From Phoronis australis (taxonomy: Eukaryota > Animalia > Phoronida): a stretch of DNA of 64,000 bases. Of this stretch, positions 51,900 to 64,000 are shown in pieces (the first letter of the stretch is position 1; each line of letters begins with the position of its first letter). Location of the stretch: assembly GCA_002633005.1 (NCBI GenBank), contig NMRA01000303.1:248706-312705 (forward strand), in the 5' to 3' direction. The translations under genes and the position numbers were made by a program. The notes beneath the pieces were generated by a model. It was not told the origin of the DNA and ran no database searches. It saw only the letters and a list, made by a program, of their open reading frames with translations.

Positions 51900-52651
51900 G
51901 CGTAGTCAGCCTCGTCTGCAAGCCTCAAGGTGACGCTGATCGGTTGGTTTAGCCATTTCAGGATTGAAATGCGGTGTCAGATTTCGTGGCCAATGATGGT
52001 AAGAAAATGATTTACGAAACCAAGGACGACATGTCGTCTTGTTAATAATCAGCTGTTGCCATTCACGAGTGAGATGTGCTCAGAACTACACTTAAAAGAG
52101 GTTCCGTGTTACGATACCACCAAGCAGACGCTCGGTAAAGAAAGCACGCGTTTCTCCCAATGTCTTTCATTCTAATACATGCGTATTCCTTTAACAAAAA
52201 TAAAAATGTGAATCGACGTTTTTACTAACATTACTGGAGGGATAACTTCGCAGAACATTTAATTTTTTAAATCCCTTTGGACACTATAAAGCCAAGAGGC
52301 CAGCCAAGAGTCCAGCCAAGAGGCCAGCAAAGACCTGAAATTTCACTGACCTTAGTATGAAGAATAGTAACTGTCAGCTCTTCCCAAGGCCAGGAATCAC
52401 TTCTAAGGACAAATACAACGCTATTTATATTACGTAAAGTGGCCTAAATCAAAACTTGTTTTTGACGGAAAACAGGGGTTTTGGTTTAATAAGGAAACTA
52501 AACATTCGGTACATCCAGCACTGATATTTGCCTTTTGTCAGTTTTTGGTTAAAGCATTGCAACTCAAAAATGTAATAATATAATGGTGAGTTGCATACTG
52601 ATCAGCGTGACATGTACATTTGCATGTTAAGAAACAGAACACGTGCTTAAC

Positions 52652-53246
52652 ATCTCGCTGGTTCCCTGCGTGCTTAGCTCAGCCAGCACGCAGGTATCAC
52701 GCAGTGGCACGCGCTTTAGCATTGGTCGATGTAATCTTGGCAGTCATTGGTTAGCTTTACAACACCTTGAAAAAATGGCGGACTGTGAACGATTTTTAGC
52801 CTTGTCATGCAAGTGGCGTCGCAGCAACTATTTCGTTTCTGCAGTGATGTTTAATAGCCGCGTGCTTGAAACACATACATGCACAATAAACACACATTAT
52901 ATGGCCGATTTAACCGGTGTGTTATTCATAGTGTATAAGGACATTATCGTAAACAAAAGTCATCGACAGTAGAAAGATGCATTCCGAAAAGGCTTAGTCA
53001 CAATTTCTAGGCTTCACATTTCCTGAACATAAATTTTAAGCACCGATTTGTCTGTACAACAGACCACATTTACACTTAAGTCCATCAGCCATGCCAGTTT
53101 GTTTGCGCAAAGCGCTGCCTGTTGACGAATCGACTAGCCAATCAGAAACGCCGGTGTAAAAAAATTTACAGAGGAAATTTAAGTGATACCTGCGTGCTGG
53201 CGCGGCTACCGCCCCACCTAGCGGCACGCAGGGAACCAGCGAGGCT
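52652..53246 (+). mobile_element. MITE family B, copy 4
   Basis: TAAC|ATCTCGCTGGTTCCCTGCGTGC...GCACGCAGGGAACCAGCGAGGCT|TACC. Confidence 0.9.
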
Positions 53247-55956
53247 TACCATGAGTGTTGCATTATGGGTAACTACCTTAGAATGAGAGTGGGGCACTGC
53301 TATTTTGTTACTGGCCTATTCCAACCATAAAATCCACTTACTTTCGTCATAATCTCCAAGAATACCTACAGAACGCCTCCTGTCAATGTCCTTCGTTGTC
53401 AGGTGAACTTCGTGACAAATATCGGTCTTCCTCAACGAAATCTCACAACCCAAAAGGCATCTGTTGATCGTGGGAAGTTTCTTTTCTTTTACGCCGTCAC
53501 GTGAGTCCATCTTCTAATTTCCCGGTCGTTATTATTTTCGTGTCTGTTTGTCGCGAGTGTTTTTGAAGGCAATTTCCCACACTTTGTTGCCTATTCGTTT
53601 AAACAAGCTCTTCGGCACTGTTCACAGTCTCACCTTCATAAGTAGTAGGCCTAAGGCTTATTGATGCTCGGTGAGTCTGTCCTCAGATAAAAATTAAGAA
53701 ACAAACGCATGAAGTGGAAGTGTGTGACTAGAAAATCGACACCAACTTTATCGTTCGTATTCTACCGACTTTACAAAATAAATCAGCGTGACCTTATGAA
53801 AAACACTGCAGCTACGATAACATTAGTCACTCCACGTTCACCCTGATTCAATAATACGTCTTCCGTTTTGTATGGGCAGTTCCCCGTCTGCGCTGCCTCC
53901 TCTCGGCGTCGTTACGAGCCAAAGATTCCTCCTTGGATTTCGCTAGATTCCGCCGTATATTCCGTCTGCTCACCACTCGCGCGATACCGCCTGACTTGTC
54001 ATTCTATGACCGACTGAACAAACGTCTGATTTGACGAAAATCGATTAGAAAGTCACGCGCGTGAAATTGCCCAGTTCCCAGTTCCAAACAACACACCGCA
54101 TGTAGCCTAGTCAGAAGTCTCAGCAACTAAAGAACAAATCTGCTTAAGACCTTAGATTAGACGGAGCGCTGCTTCTAAGAAAATCGATTGTGATCGTTAA
54201 AGACTTGACAAAGGATATGGGGAAATTTGATGTTTTATTGCGAAAGTGATGGACATGAAAACTAGTAAAACTAATTGACATTAAAAGCTGATTAGAAAAA
54301 TTCCATACCGTACTCCTTAGGGACATTTGTCGACTTCTGTCGCAAAACGTTCCCTCATTTAGGGGCCAAGGAATCGTAAGCATACCAACGTATTTGTGGC
54401 GAGCGACAAAAATGTTTTTAAAGGTTATCTATACGTTTATTAATAGAATCAATCATTCACACAATCAGAGAGAAACCATTCAGTTTTCTATTTAAAAGAA
54501 CCCTGTAAGACCACCTGTCATAGAATTTAACACATTCAGAGTTCTTGCGAAATATGCTTTTTTCAATATTAAGACGATTCAAAAATTTCTGTTTTTATTT
54601 GTTCAATACACGGAAGGCTTTTTTAATCACCGACAATAAATGCGATTGTAGACGATATTAGCACTAAACTTTAAATATTAGAACTCGAATGTTTGTCAAA
54701 AAGTACTTCTGTAGAAATAAGATTTAAAGATACGTTCACATTGAGATTGATCAGTTTGACCAGAGGCGTACTATTGCATGACGAGTACAGATGATGTCGT
54801 CGGGTTCTTTTTTATAAAAAATGCATAACTGTGAATTCGTGACGCAGATTTTAAATAATAGTACTCAGTATTAACTAAGGATATCTGGTGGAATCACTTC
54901 AGTTTTGTCAACAGAACATCTACGAGCTTAACTCCAACAGCCAAGGTGCCCTTTTACACAGTTGGTTAACCAAACACCTAAGAAAATATTTTCTAAGCTT
55001 GTGACTGAAATGGCATTGGAAAGTAACTGAGTAATATTCGGAAAAAAACTGAAAATGAGTCATCCTAAAACATGATGATTTTCTAAAACCAGTAGAAGAA
55101 ATTTTATACTTTTTACACTGAGAAGGTTGGAAATGGGCCAAAGCGGTTAGTATGGAGGCTTTGCTTAGTGACAGGTAAAGCTAGGCAATGGCTAAGAGAA
55201 TTCAGCAAAACTTAGAAAGGCTTGTGAGACAATCGAGTCACGAAAAGTACATAGCAGTCAGCCTGAGACCATTTCAGGAACACGTGCAATGACTTAAATT
55301 GATATAGGCCTACCTTACATGGGCGTTAGCCACATGGCCTATATTCAAAATAAGAATGAGGGTGGTCAGAGAAGCAATCTGTGCTCTTGTAATTTTATGA
55401 GGGACAGCCTTCGTTATTCGACATCATTTATATGACCATTCACGAGCCTGGGCTCATCGCTTTACAGAAAAAACACATGCAAACGTTCCAACCAATATAA
55501 ATATTTCAGCAATGACAGTCTAAAATATTATTGGTACGACGAGTTTCCTTCCCTCCAGTGCAACAATTCGCAAAAAACTTTTCGAAAACTCTTTACATGT
55601 CACTGGCTTTAGGAATACGTGACCACTAACGGCATTTGTTCACTTCGACGTAATGCGACATGATTAAGTGAGTCATTATTATGTCATTTTCAAGGCATAG
55701 TAAATAACTCGCCATCAAACAGCACAAATTAGTAATTGCAATATTTATAAATAAGGCAATACATAACTCTACAAGATTATCTGTAGTCTACAAATAAAAC
55801 TCTTTAACACTCTCAGGAAATTAAACATGTGGACAGCGATAGGAATCTGTTCGAACCTATTTTTTATACAAATGACACTTTAGATAATTTTAAGTAGGCC
55901 GCCACATCACTCGTTTGTTTCATAATCCGAATTATATTGTTTGTCTTGGGTGTAAC

Positions 55957-56053
55957 GGGAGACCGTTCTATCAAAGATCGTAAGGCCGGTCTTAGCTAAG
56001 ACGGTCGTATGTTCCATTTTAATTTGTACACAACTCATTTAAGTGACTCGTAA
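55957..56053 (+). repeat. Isolated copy of the left end of the MITE at 57134
   Basis: ~97-bp direct repeat GGGAGACCGTTCTATCAAA...GTGACTCGTAA. Confidence 0.85.
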
Positions 56054-57133
56054 CTCACTTGCGAATTTCTAGTTAGTCAATGTGACGTCACCGGAAAAAG
56101 GGCAAAACCCGCCATATTGCTTTTGTTTTGCCCCAAGTCTTTGCTACACATGCTAAATCTTACTGGAGTTCTGATGGTGAATTTTAAGCTCAAAATGTTA
56201 GCACAAATGTGAACTTGCTATGTTGTGCGAAGCTGTGAACGGACTGAAAATGGACCTCAACCCGGTCTAGGCCTGAATGCCGCAGGCATACAGGGGCGAT
56301 AGTATACCCCCATAAAAAGTTACTCACTTCAAAATAGAGCAAATAAAATCAAATGAAACATGCATATGTGCACACGGAGTTATAATTAACACATACCCTG
56401 ACTCTGGATACAATTTAGTCTACAAGTAACTTGAACATATCCATGAAAACCTCGCGGTTCGCTCGAGTTTCTCTCACCAGGCGCCATTTTAAGGAAGTTA
56501 CGTGAAATCACCCCTTTTGACGAACAAAAAGTCCAAGGCACGCAAATCTTACAAATTTCACTTGATAGTTTCTAAGTCTATTTTGCAAGTGTCACGGGCC
56601 AGGTCACGCGCTTCGCTCAGTCTCGCTCTAGCCTTTGCCTCAAGTACTCACCAGACTCATTTCAAATACTTTGTGGTTATCGCGCGCGCGGTAAAACTTA
56701 ACAGTAACCACAAAGTGGAGTTGGAACTCTTAGCCAAAGTCACCTGAATTCCCGTATGTTTTTAGAAGCAGGATCACTGAAGAAAGTAAGCGCCTTTTTA
56801 GGAGATAATTTTAGGTGTAGAATACATTTTTGACGAGGTGAAAACTTAATAAGTTAGGGGATTTCGCCTACCGCCAGTTTAAAATACACGGGACGAAATT
56901 AGTACAGAACGCGATAGAAGGTGTTGTAGTGCGAATCTGAATTTCATTTGCCATAACAGCAATGCTTGTTTGGCATTTTTCGAACTAAACGATAAAAACT
57001 CGAAGTAAACAACAGATTGAGCAAATGGCCGCATAAGGACAAGCTTTTGATTCACTTCCCGTGACGTCACAGTTAAGTCTCACATGATCTCGCGTTATGG
57101 TTATAAACTCGCTAAAGGACTAATGGATGCAAC

Positions 57134-57588
57134 GGGAGACCGTTCTATCAAAAATCATAAGGCCGGTCTTTGCTAAGACGGTCGTATGTTCTATTTTAAT
57201 TTGTACACAACTCATTTACGTGACTCGTAAGACGGCCTTTAAGACTAAATATGAAGAATTGTCAATGCTACGTCAGTTCATGGAGCTCTATCCTTGGCTA
57301 GAGGTCTTCAACGAGGACTAAAAAAACGAGACCATTAGGTTCGGGCCTACGGATTGTGCATCCGCTCCGAATGTCGAATTCCTGTGGGGCAGTTTGTGGA
57401 CTTTTGTCTCCTTTACTCGGACTTTTTGTTTCCGTTGCTGAGGCGGACCTTTTTGTTTTTGCCCAATTCGCGCCCATGTTGTAACGTTTTTGCTCGTCTA
57501 AACACGCAGCGTCGCGTTTGCAGTAACGCGATGACTACGACTGTCTCTTGCTACGACTGGACTTACGATCGTTGGTAAAACGGGTCCC
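57134..57588. mobile_element. Harbinger-like MITE
   Basis: GGGAGACCGTTCTATCAA...TCATAAG versus CTTACGATCGTTGGTAAAACGGGTCCC imperfect TIR. Confidence 0.55.
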
Positions 57589-57979
57589 TGAACTGGAACT
57601 CAACCATGATTAAGTCTTCTAGAGATATTCGGTGTCATCGTCATTTAATTATACTTGAACAGGTCAAGGAAACTCGTCGCAATAAACCAAATTACCTAGA
57701 ACCTAAACGAGATTCCTCGTCTTGCGATCCCCGTTAGTCGCGTTCCAAAAATCGCAAACGGGGCAACAGTATCTGGCATTGTAAGTGCAGAGTTTTTGAG
57801 TTGACTGAATGATCACTGACTTGGTGAATTCGAAGACCTATCCCGATTTTACCCGGCGAAACGAAACTGATAAAACTTAAGAGGAAGCGCGATTGCCACG
57901 CCAACAAAATAAGATACACTAAGATAGGAGTTCGAACAGTGTCCGGTCTTTTCCATGTACTCGACCGAATCCTTCTTAA

Positions 57980-59097
57980 AGGCAAAGGCAACATTTTTCA
58001 TGTCATTTTTAGCAAAAATAAGTTTCGTTGGTTATCTAGACATATTTTTCACTTATTTACAGCTTTTCGTAATTTAATTAATTACTCGTCGTCTGCTCCG
58101 GAAGTGACGTTTTGGGAGGCAAGAATTTCGCGCCAATTGGCACTGGAGGGTGATCTGAGCACCCAAACTGCTTACATCCCACCGTGTGACTCCCTCGCCA
58201 CACACCTGGCACCTTCTAAATAGCTCCAATACAAGTCCACAATAAACTTATGAAACTTAGGCTCACCGATCTGTTCATTGGATGACGAACTGTCCTCTTC
58301 ACTAGGTGTCGAACTGGGCCTCAGTCCCACTACTCAACATCGCTGCAGGGCTGCTTACGGGCTCTGGGCTAGAGACAACAGAACAGGGCGATTCACTGCT
58401 AGTTCCCGGAATTGCACGCTATGGGGTACGTTCGGAGGCACGGGTGACAGTAGATGAAGTGCCACCAATCACCGTAAATAGTGGCCAAAGCTGGCGAGGC
58501 TTCTCGCTTCAAAAACGCACTTCTCGGGGTTGGCGACGGGGCACTGCCGGGAATCAACAGCGACGTGGTACACTTCTTTAGGCGTTGTTTCGCAGGAACC
58601 TTCATCAATTAAGCGTGCATATCTCCGTCGACGGCAGAAAATGCTTGCCACACACTCGTTAACCCTCCATTGCTTTGTACGTTGCATGGACGAGCAGCGC
58701 TGCGTTCTTCACATGAACGAGCTAGCCAAGTACGGCGAAGTGTGTCATCCTTCGGAAAGCGATGCAAGGTACCCAAAGCGCGTGTGAGACGATAATGAGT
58801 ACATCTCGGCACGCAGCAACAGCGTGGCATGTTGACTGACTCGTAAACAAAAGCAAACGACGACCGAACTTATCACAACCGAGGTAGAACAATGACTGAC
58901 TCGACAGCTCTCACAATCAGACTATAATGAAAAGAAATTGGCGCGAACCTCTTGCCTCCCAAAACGTCACTTCTGGAGTAGAGGACGAGAAATTAATCAA
59001 ATTACGAAAAGCTGTAATTAAGTGAAAAATGTGTCTGGGATAATCAACGAACTTTGATTTTTGCTAAAAGTGACATGACAAAAGGTTGCCTTCGCCC
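57980..59097 (-). mobile_element. Non-autonomous Kolobok-type transposon, ~160-bp TIRs, TTAA TSD
   Basis: TTAA at 57976-57979 and 59098-59101; TIRs 57980-58138 and 58936-59097; purine-purine start (AGG); THAP cargo. Confidence 0.9.
58140..58830 (-). pseudogene. THAP-containing transposase 5' fragment, frameshifted
   Basis: MPRCCCVPRC...LHRFPKD...RTW; shifted frames RVCGKHF and LLIPGSAPS...RSAFLKRE; after a possible GT-AG intron (58216-58266) RCQVCG...GAQITLQC. Confidence 0.8.
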
Positions 59098-59395
59098 TTA
59101 AATAGGCACATTAAAGCACGATTTGTGCAAAAATTTGCTTGATCTCATGTCAAAAATATAATCACGTGATTGGCCTGAGTCCAACGAAAGTCGGAGCAAC
59201 ATTGAAAACGCTAAGTCTCAAACGACAAATCGTATACGAGATTTGAGCTCGAGGAAATCTCGTGGGAGCACCTGCTTGCACTGGGTGACATGCACCATAT
59301 GGCAAGGTAACGAAGCGGATTAGCTTATGAGACATTTGTTTAAACAAAAGCAATAAAGGGACATTACCGGCGAGAAAAGCAATTTTCTGAGATCA

Positions 59396-59470
59396 GCATC
59401 AGCGCGGAATCGAACCTGCAAGTCTTAGGGTCACTTAAAGTCTAACGCTCAGCGAGCGGAGCTAAACTCC
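59396..59470 (-). mobile_element. tRNA-derived SINE head or tRNA pseudogene
   Basis: Minus strand TAGCTCCGCTCGCTGAGCGTTAGACTTTAA...GCAGGTTCGATTCC; acceptor stem not intact. Confidence 0.5.
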
Positions 59471-61952
59471 ACTACATTATTTTGCCAGACCAAGTTAAGG
59501 TTATGTCGGACCTTATCTGCAAGTCTGTGTACTTAGTCAAATATCAATAAAACTGTAGATTTTAACTCAGTAGAAGTATATATTTTCTAAAAGTAGAAAG
59601 CCTTTAGAATTTCATTTTTGACTTTTTATCAACTATCATTGATTGGGTCACGTGACCATCTCTTTTGAAAAAATAAGTAAAAGAAAGGTACCCTAACGTT
59701 ATCCATAACACACAAATTTTTAAGATGAAATCTAAAAATACGCTGCTCAGTTTCCTAAGTCATTCTTTCATTTTCGTTTTATCCAACCTTATTCTTTCAA
59801 AACGACCATGAAAGTCCTATTCTGTAGCAGCCTCTTGCACTTAAGTGGAGCACTTTAAAAGCAATTCCTAGTAGCGTTGTGGAGAACAACGCGAAAACTA
59901 TACATGTAGTACATGAAGGTTTCATATGGATCCGATCATCTATTTTGGAGATGTGATGTTCCAAAGTTAGTCAAATTTGAACATTTTTCTAAAGTCCTTC
60001 ATAACCTTTCACTAGTAAAAGTCACCGGGCGTTGATTACAGAGAATAGCTGGCAGAGACGGCGTGGATAGACGTGTTAGACAATAATTAACGATTAGAAA
60101 TTCGAAATATCCTGTCCCATCAACAACAGCTCTGTTGTCTCTCTAGCCTCCAGTTAAATGACTTAAACTTTATTGACTGATAACAGTTTCTTTACTATTT
60201 TTGTAAATTGCTGCACGCTCCCAATACACTAATCATAGTGATTCATTGTTCTGAGAGATGAGTGCACTCTTTACTCTTCATTTCTGGTTAAACAGTCTGG
60301 GCGCAAAACGAAATTTAGTGTAAGTCAAACTTATTTAACATTGCATGTTTCGCGCCAAAATTGCATCCATATTTAACTTCACACCCCACAAAACGTGAAT
60401 GAGAATACCCTAGTTACGTTCGCCAGTTCTGATCAACTAGTTAGTTGTGTTTGTTTTGCTATGACGTGGATCATGTGTGTAGAAATTTAGTCTTTTGAGG
60501 ATGTTAGTTTTGGGCCAAATACACGCAAATAGTGAAACCCCAGCACAATTGTTGTCAACAGCCTGTATTTACATGTATACATGAGTCCAAATTTAGTCTT
60601 GTGAACTACAATAGTATGCGAAAATGCAAACTTGACACTGGCGAGTAGTGACATCTTTTGTTCAAATGAGGGCTCAGCACGTTTCATCAGCGATACCTCG
60701 GCATTTTTAGTATCGTTCTGACCACCACCACACAGTCTAGGAACTAGTCTCAGGGATTTTCAGCTCGATTTCTAGGATAAACAAATAGCGAACTTTTAGG
60801 GAGGCGGGGGGGGAGGGTAGTGACTTGAGACCAGGCTCCGTGTACAGGTTACCTTATCGTAGAGCTGACACGTACTTTGTATGCNCTCCGTGTACAGGTT
60901 ACCTTATCGTAGAGCTGACACGTATACTGTCTGTAAATAAGTACTTATTTATCACGGCGTGTCATTTTAGTTACGTGCTGTTCATCATGTTCTCGGAATA
61001 ACTAACCGTTAGTTCTTCGCAACCCCAGAAATCAATTCCCATCTAACTACGGAAGAATTAATTCTTAACATTGTTTCAGCGGTAAGTGAACTGACTGAAC
61101 GCAAGGTAACAGTCTTTTCAATTAGTCGACTTCCCTAAGCAAAGGTTCTCGTGTTGACTGTATATTTTGGAGGTTTCCGGAAACACGTGATTTTTAGCGC
61201 TTAATTGTGGGCTTAACTGCAGTTGCTGTACATTTTCGTAATCATTTTTTTCTAAAATAAAATCGAAACAGAGCACTATATGTTACGCAAAATTCGTTTT
61301 CTCAGTAAAACTGACGGCCGTTGTCCAATTGAAGTCACGCCCATTCTATTGAGTGTTTTTGAGGGTTTTGTAAAATCCTAAAACTTCGCATGGTTATCAC
61401 AGCGCACGCGCGAATAAGATAAAGAATTGGAGAAAAAAATCGGTGGCATGTCTCGATACGGCCTGTCCGATACGGTACGTAGTGCAGGAAATCCAAGGGA
61501 GCAATGACCCGACAGATCAGAACTGTCAACAATATCAACATACTGGGTGGCTAAAAATCTTAGATCAGGCCTGTAGGAGGGTAAAAATTATTGGGTGGCC
61601 AAAACCAATTCGACTTCGCCAAACTACTTTCACCCCCTTCCTATCCACCTCCACCACCTCACCCCCAATCTCCGGATACCGCCGAATTTGTACCGACCAC
61701 CCACGTCCACCATAGGAAAGGGAAGGGGGGGGGGGCGAATCCCGGGATGTTACCATCACGCCAATCTAGAGGATTTGAGAATCCGAGAACCAACAGGTTT
61801 TCACGGAGAGTAAAAATGGACCTAGTGCCAGCGCAATGACGGATAGCTGCCGAGATTTGCCAGTGTGAAAATACGAATTCCATGAACTAGGCTAGGTGCT
61901 GTTCAGCTCAGTTTTAATTCACTTGAGACAATAATGCTTGAGACAAGGCTCT

Positions 61953-62039
61953 TGGCTCGTACCTATTCATGTGCGCTCATGGCTCGTACCTATTCATGTG
62001 CGCTCATGGCTCGTACCTATTCATGTGCGCTCATGGCTC
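61953..62039. repeat. 27-bp perfect tandem repeat x3
   Basis: TGGCTCGTACCTATTCATGTGCGCTCA. Confidence 0.95.
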
Positions 62040-63222
62040 TACGGTCAAGATTCAGTTTATTATGATCCAGTTTGGAAAAAGTTCATTTAATTAGGGTCAT
62101 TCTTTGAAGGTATTTTTGAAAGGGCGACGTCCCGAGGTCCCTGGTACAGTGCCTTTGAGATTGGTTTCAATATATCCCTTGATGAAACACGGGTAGTCCA
62201 GTTTCTGGTGTCTGGGAAAAATGATACAGAGGGTGTCTTAAAAATGTACACACTTCCACTGACGCCAGGAGTTCAAATTCAGTTCCCGTGAATCACTAAA
62301 AATAAAAATTCTGCGCCGGACTTACTGCATAGTTTCACATTATTTTGAACGTAGGTGCGTCAGCCTTCATGGGAATGGCGAACAAACGACTCAGTTTTAC
62401 AGAACGAGAATACCACTGGAAACTTAAAAACATCAAGGAAGTGCAAAGACAATTAATCTTTTCAAGTTAATGAGCAATGCGTTTAATTTGATTTATTTAA
62501 GAGCTTAAAATTCTTTTTCGATCTACGTTTTGTGAATGTAAACCATTAATCTTCTTCCGAAGTCAATACACAATTCAATTATTGGCATTTTTGAGGACAC
62601 TTTGTAGAGCCGTCCGACATTCATCAATATCTTCGAGACTTATTTTATTAGATAAACCAAGTTCGTTTAGTGTTCTTTGCTATTATTTTGGGGATAGGAT
62701 GATAGATCGAATTTTCCCAATATCAGCTTGCAACTAAGTTCACATTTTCGTAGTTGCATAAACGTGTAAATCAGAAACCAAAAAATTCGTTATTTGTCAA
62801 AACAGAATAAGCAATTCCCGAAGACATCCTCAAAGACTCTCGTCGATGGGTAAAAGGGAAGAACTTGGGCTACGGGGCATTACCCATTAGCCATGTATAC
62901 TTTCATCAAAAATCGTACCCCCACAGCCTTTCGACACCTGCGAATTCCTTACAAATAACTCCTATGTAATAACAATCTTCAAAAGAAAAACAATTCTTGC
63001 TATACTGTAGGAAAAGTAACGTTTATAAAACCATCGGAAATAATCCTTTTGTGTAATTGTCTCCGCGTTCTTCCAAGCTCCACTCTTTCGATGGTGGTCA
63101 ATCATCTTGTCTTTTTCACATTTTTGTTGGTTACTTGGACCGAATGCTTGATACGGCTGTGCTATGCGCGAATGTTTTAATTTTTTGATGAATTTGGAAA
63201 CTGAGGTCATTCCCTCGTGACT

Positions 63223-63523
63223 AATACCCCTTGTGCAAATCCGCCATCTTTAAATTTAGCTCAGTGATGCATTATGGGTAATGGGGTTACCGCTTATCAC
63301 AGATGCACAGTAAACACTGCGTTACCACTGTTAGAGCATCACGGCATTGACCGAAAACCCCTAATAATTTCAAATTTGTTGAACAATGTAGCGTAACACA
63401 ATTCATTTGACATATACTTAAGTTGTTATTAACACATTTTAACATATTTTNCAAACGATCCCATGATGCTCTAGCGGAACTAAGATTTCGCGCAAGCGCA
63501 TATAGATTTGCACAAGGGGTATT
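63223..63523. mobile_element. Small element with 19-bp perfect inverted ends
   Basis: AATACCCCTTGTGCAAATC ... GATTTGCACAAGGGGTATT; no clear TSD. Confidence 0.65.
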
Positions 63524-63933
63524 GGCAGTTTTAGATTTATATGTAATAGAGGGACAAAGGGAAAATTCCCCAAAGCGCCAGACCGAGCGAGCGCCCATAC
63601 GGAAAGGCGATCCTTAAAGATGGAAAGGCTAAAGATCATTAAGGATAGAAAAGAGTTATAGTTAAGTCCATCGTCGTGTGACCCTGCAAGAAGTTTTCAG
63701 CGAGTACACACGATTACAAAGCCGTCCGAGACCTGAATTTTGCCACAAATAGGTATACATGTACCTAAAAACGTTCACCCTTTATCCTACTTGAATCATT
63801 TGAAACACAAACGGTCATTCACCAAGTGATTTCATAGGGCTGATAAACTTTTCGGTCGCGTGCTTTGGACGGTTTGATCGATTTACCGATGAAATTTAAA
63901 GCAAGTAATTATGACATTATTTCCAGATGGACA

Positions 63934-64000
63934 TCCGTTAGATAAGTGTATAAAGTCACTCAGACCTCCGTTAGATAAGTGTACAAAGTCACTCAGACCT
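63934..64000. repeat. 33-bp tandem repeat (at least x2, reaches window end)
   Basis: TCCGTTAGATAAGTGTA(T/C)AAAGTCACTCAGACC. Confidence 0.85.

Noticed and set aside
52775-52972. MADCERFLALSCK... ORF repeated in family B MITEs
   Set aside because: Early stop in the 48.4-kb copy and different frames or ends in others; no recognisable domain.
60836-60924. 39-bp direct repeat
   Set aside because: Straddles the N at 60885; probably a scaffolding artefact.

Overview
Eukaryotic, AT-rich, repeat-dense DNA from a draft assembly (two N-gaps, four single-N joins), most consistent with a marine invertebrate (inference). I find no intact host protein-coding gene, no rRNA, no functional tRNA and no CRISPR array. 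The window is a mosaic of mobile elements: a Mag-type Gypsy element with both LTRs, PBS, PPT and TSD; a solo LTR with a heat-shock-element/TATA promoter; three TTAA-type Kolobok derivatives retaining THAP stubs, two with a convergent acidic YxFEP (KolX-like) stub; two Helentron-associated (DINE-1/HINE-like) elements whose ~150-bp satellite monomers carry CTCF-consensus motifs; L1/Tx1 LINE relics; an Academ-like Cys-rich C-terminus; several multi-copy MITE families with 3-, 4- or 5-bp TSDs; tRNA-derived SINE heads; and minisatellites. A possible spliced non-coding or 5'UTR exon pair lies at ~39.3-41.2 kb (- strand). Family assignments come from termini, TSDs and protein motifs read by eye, not database searches.
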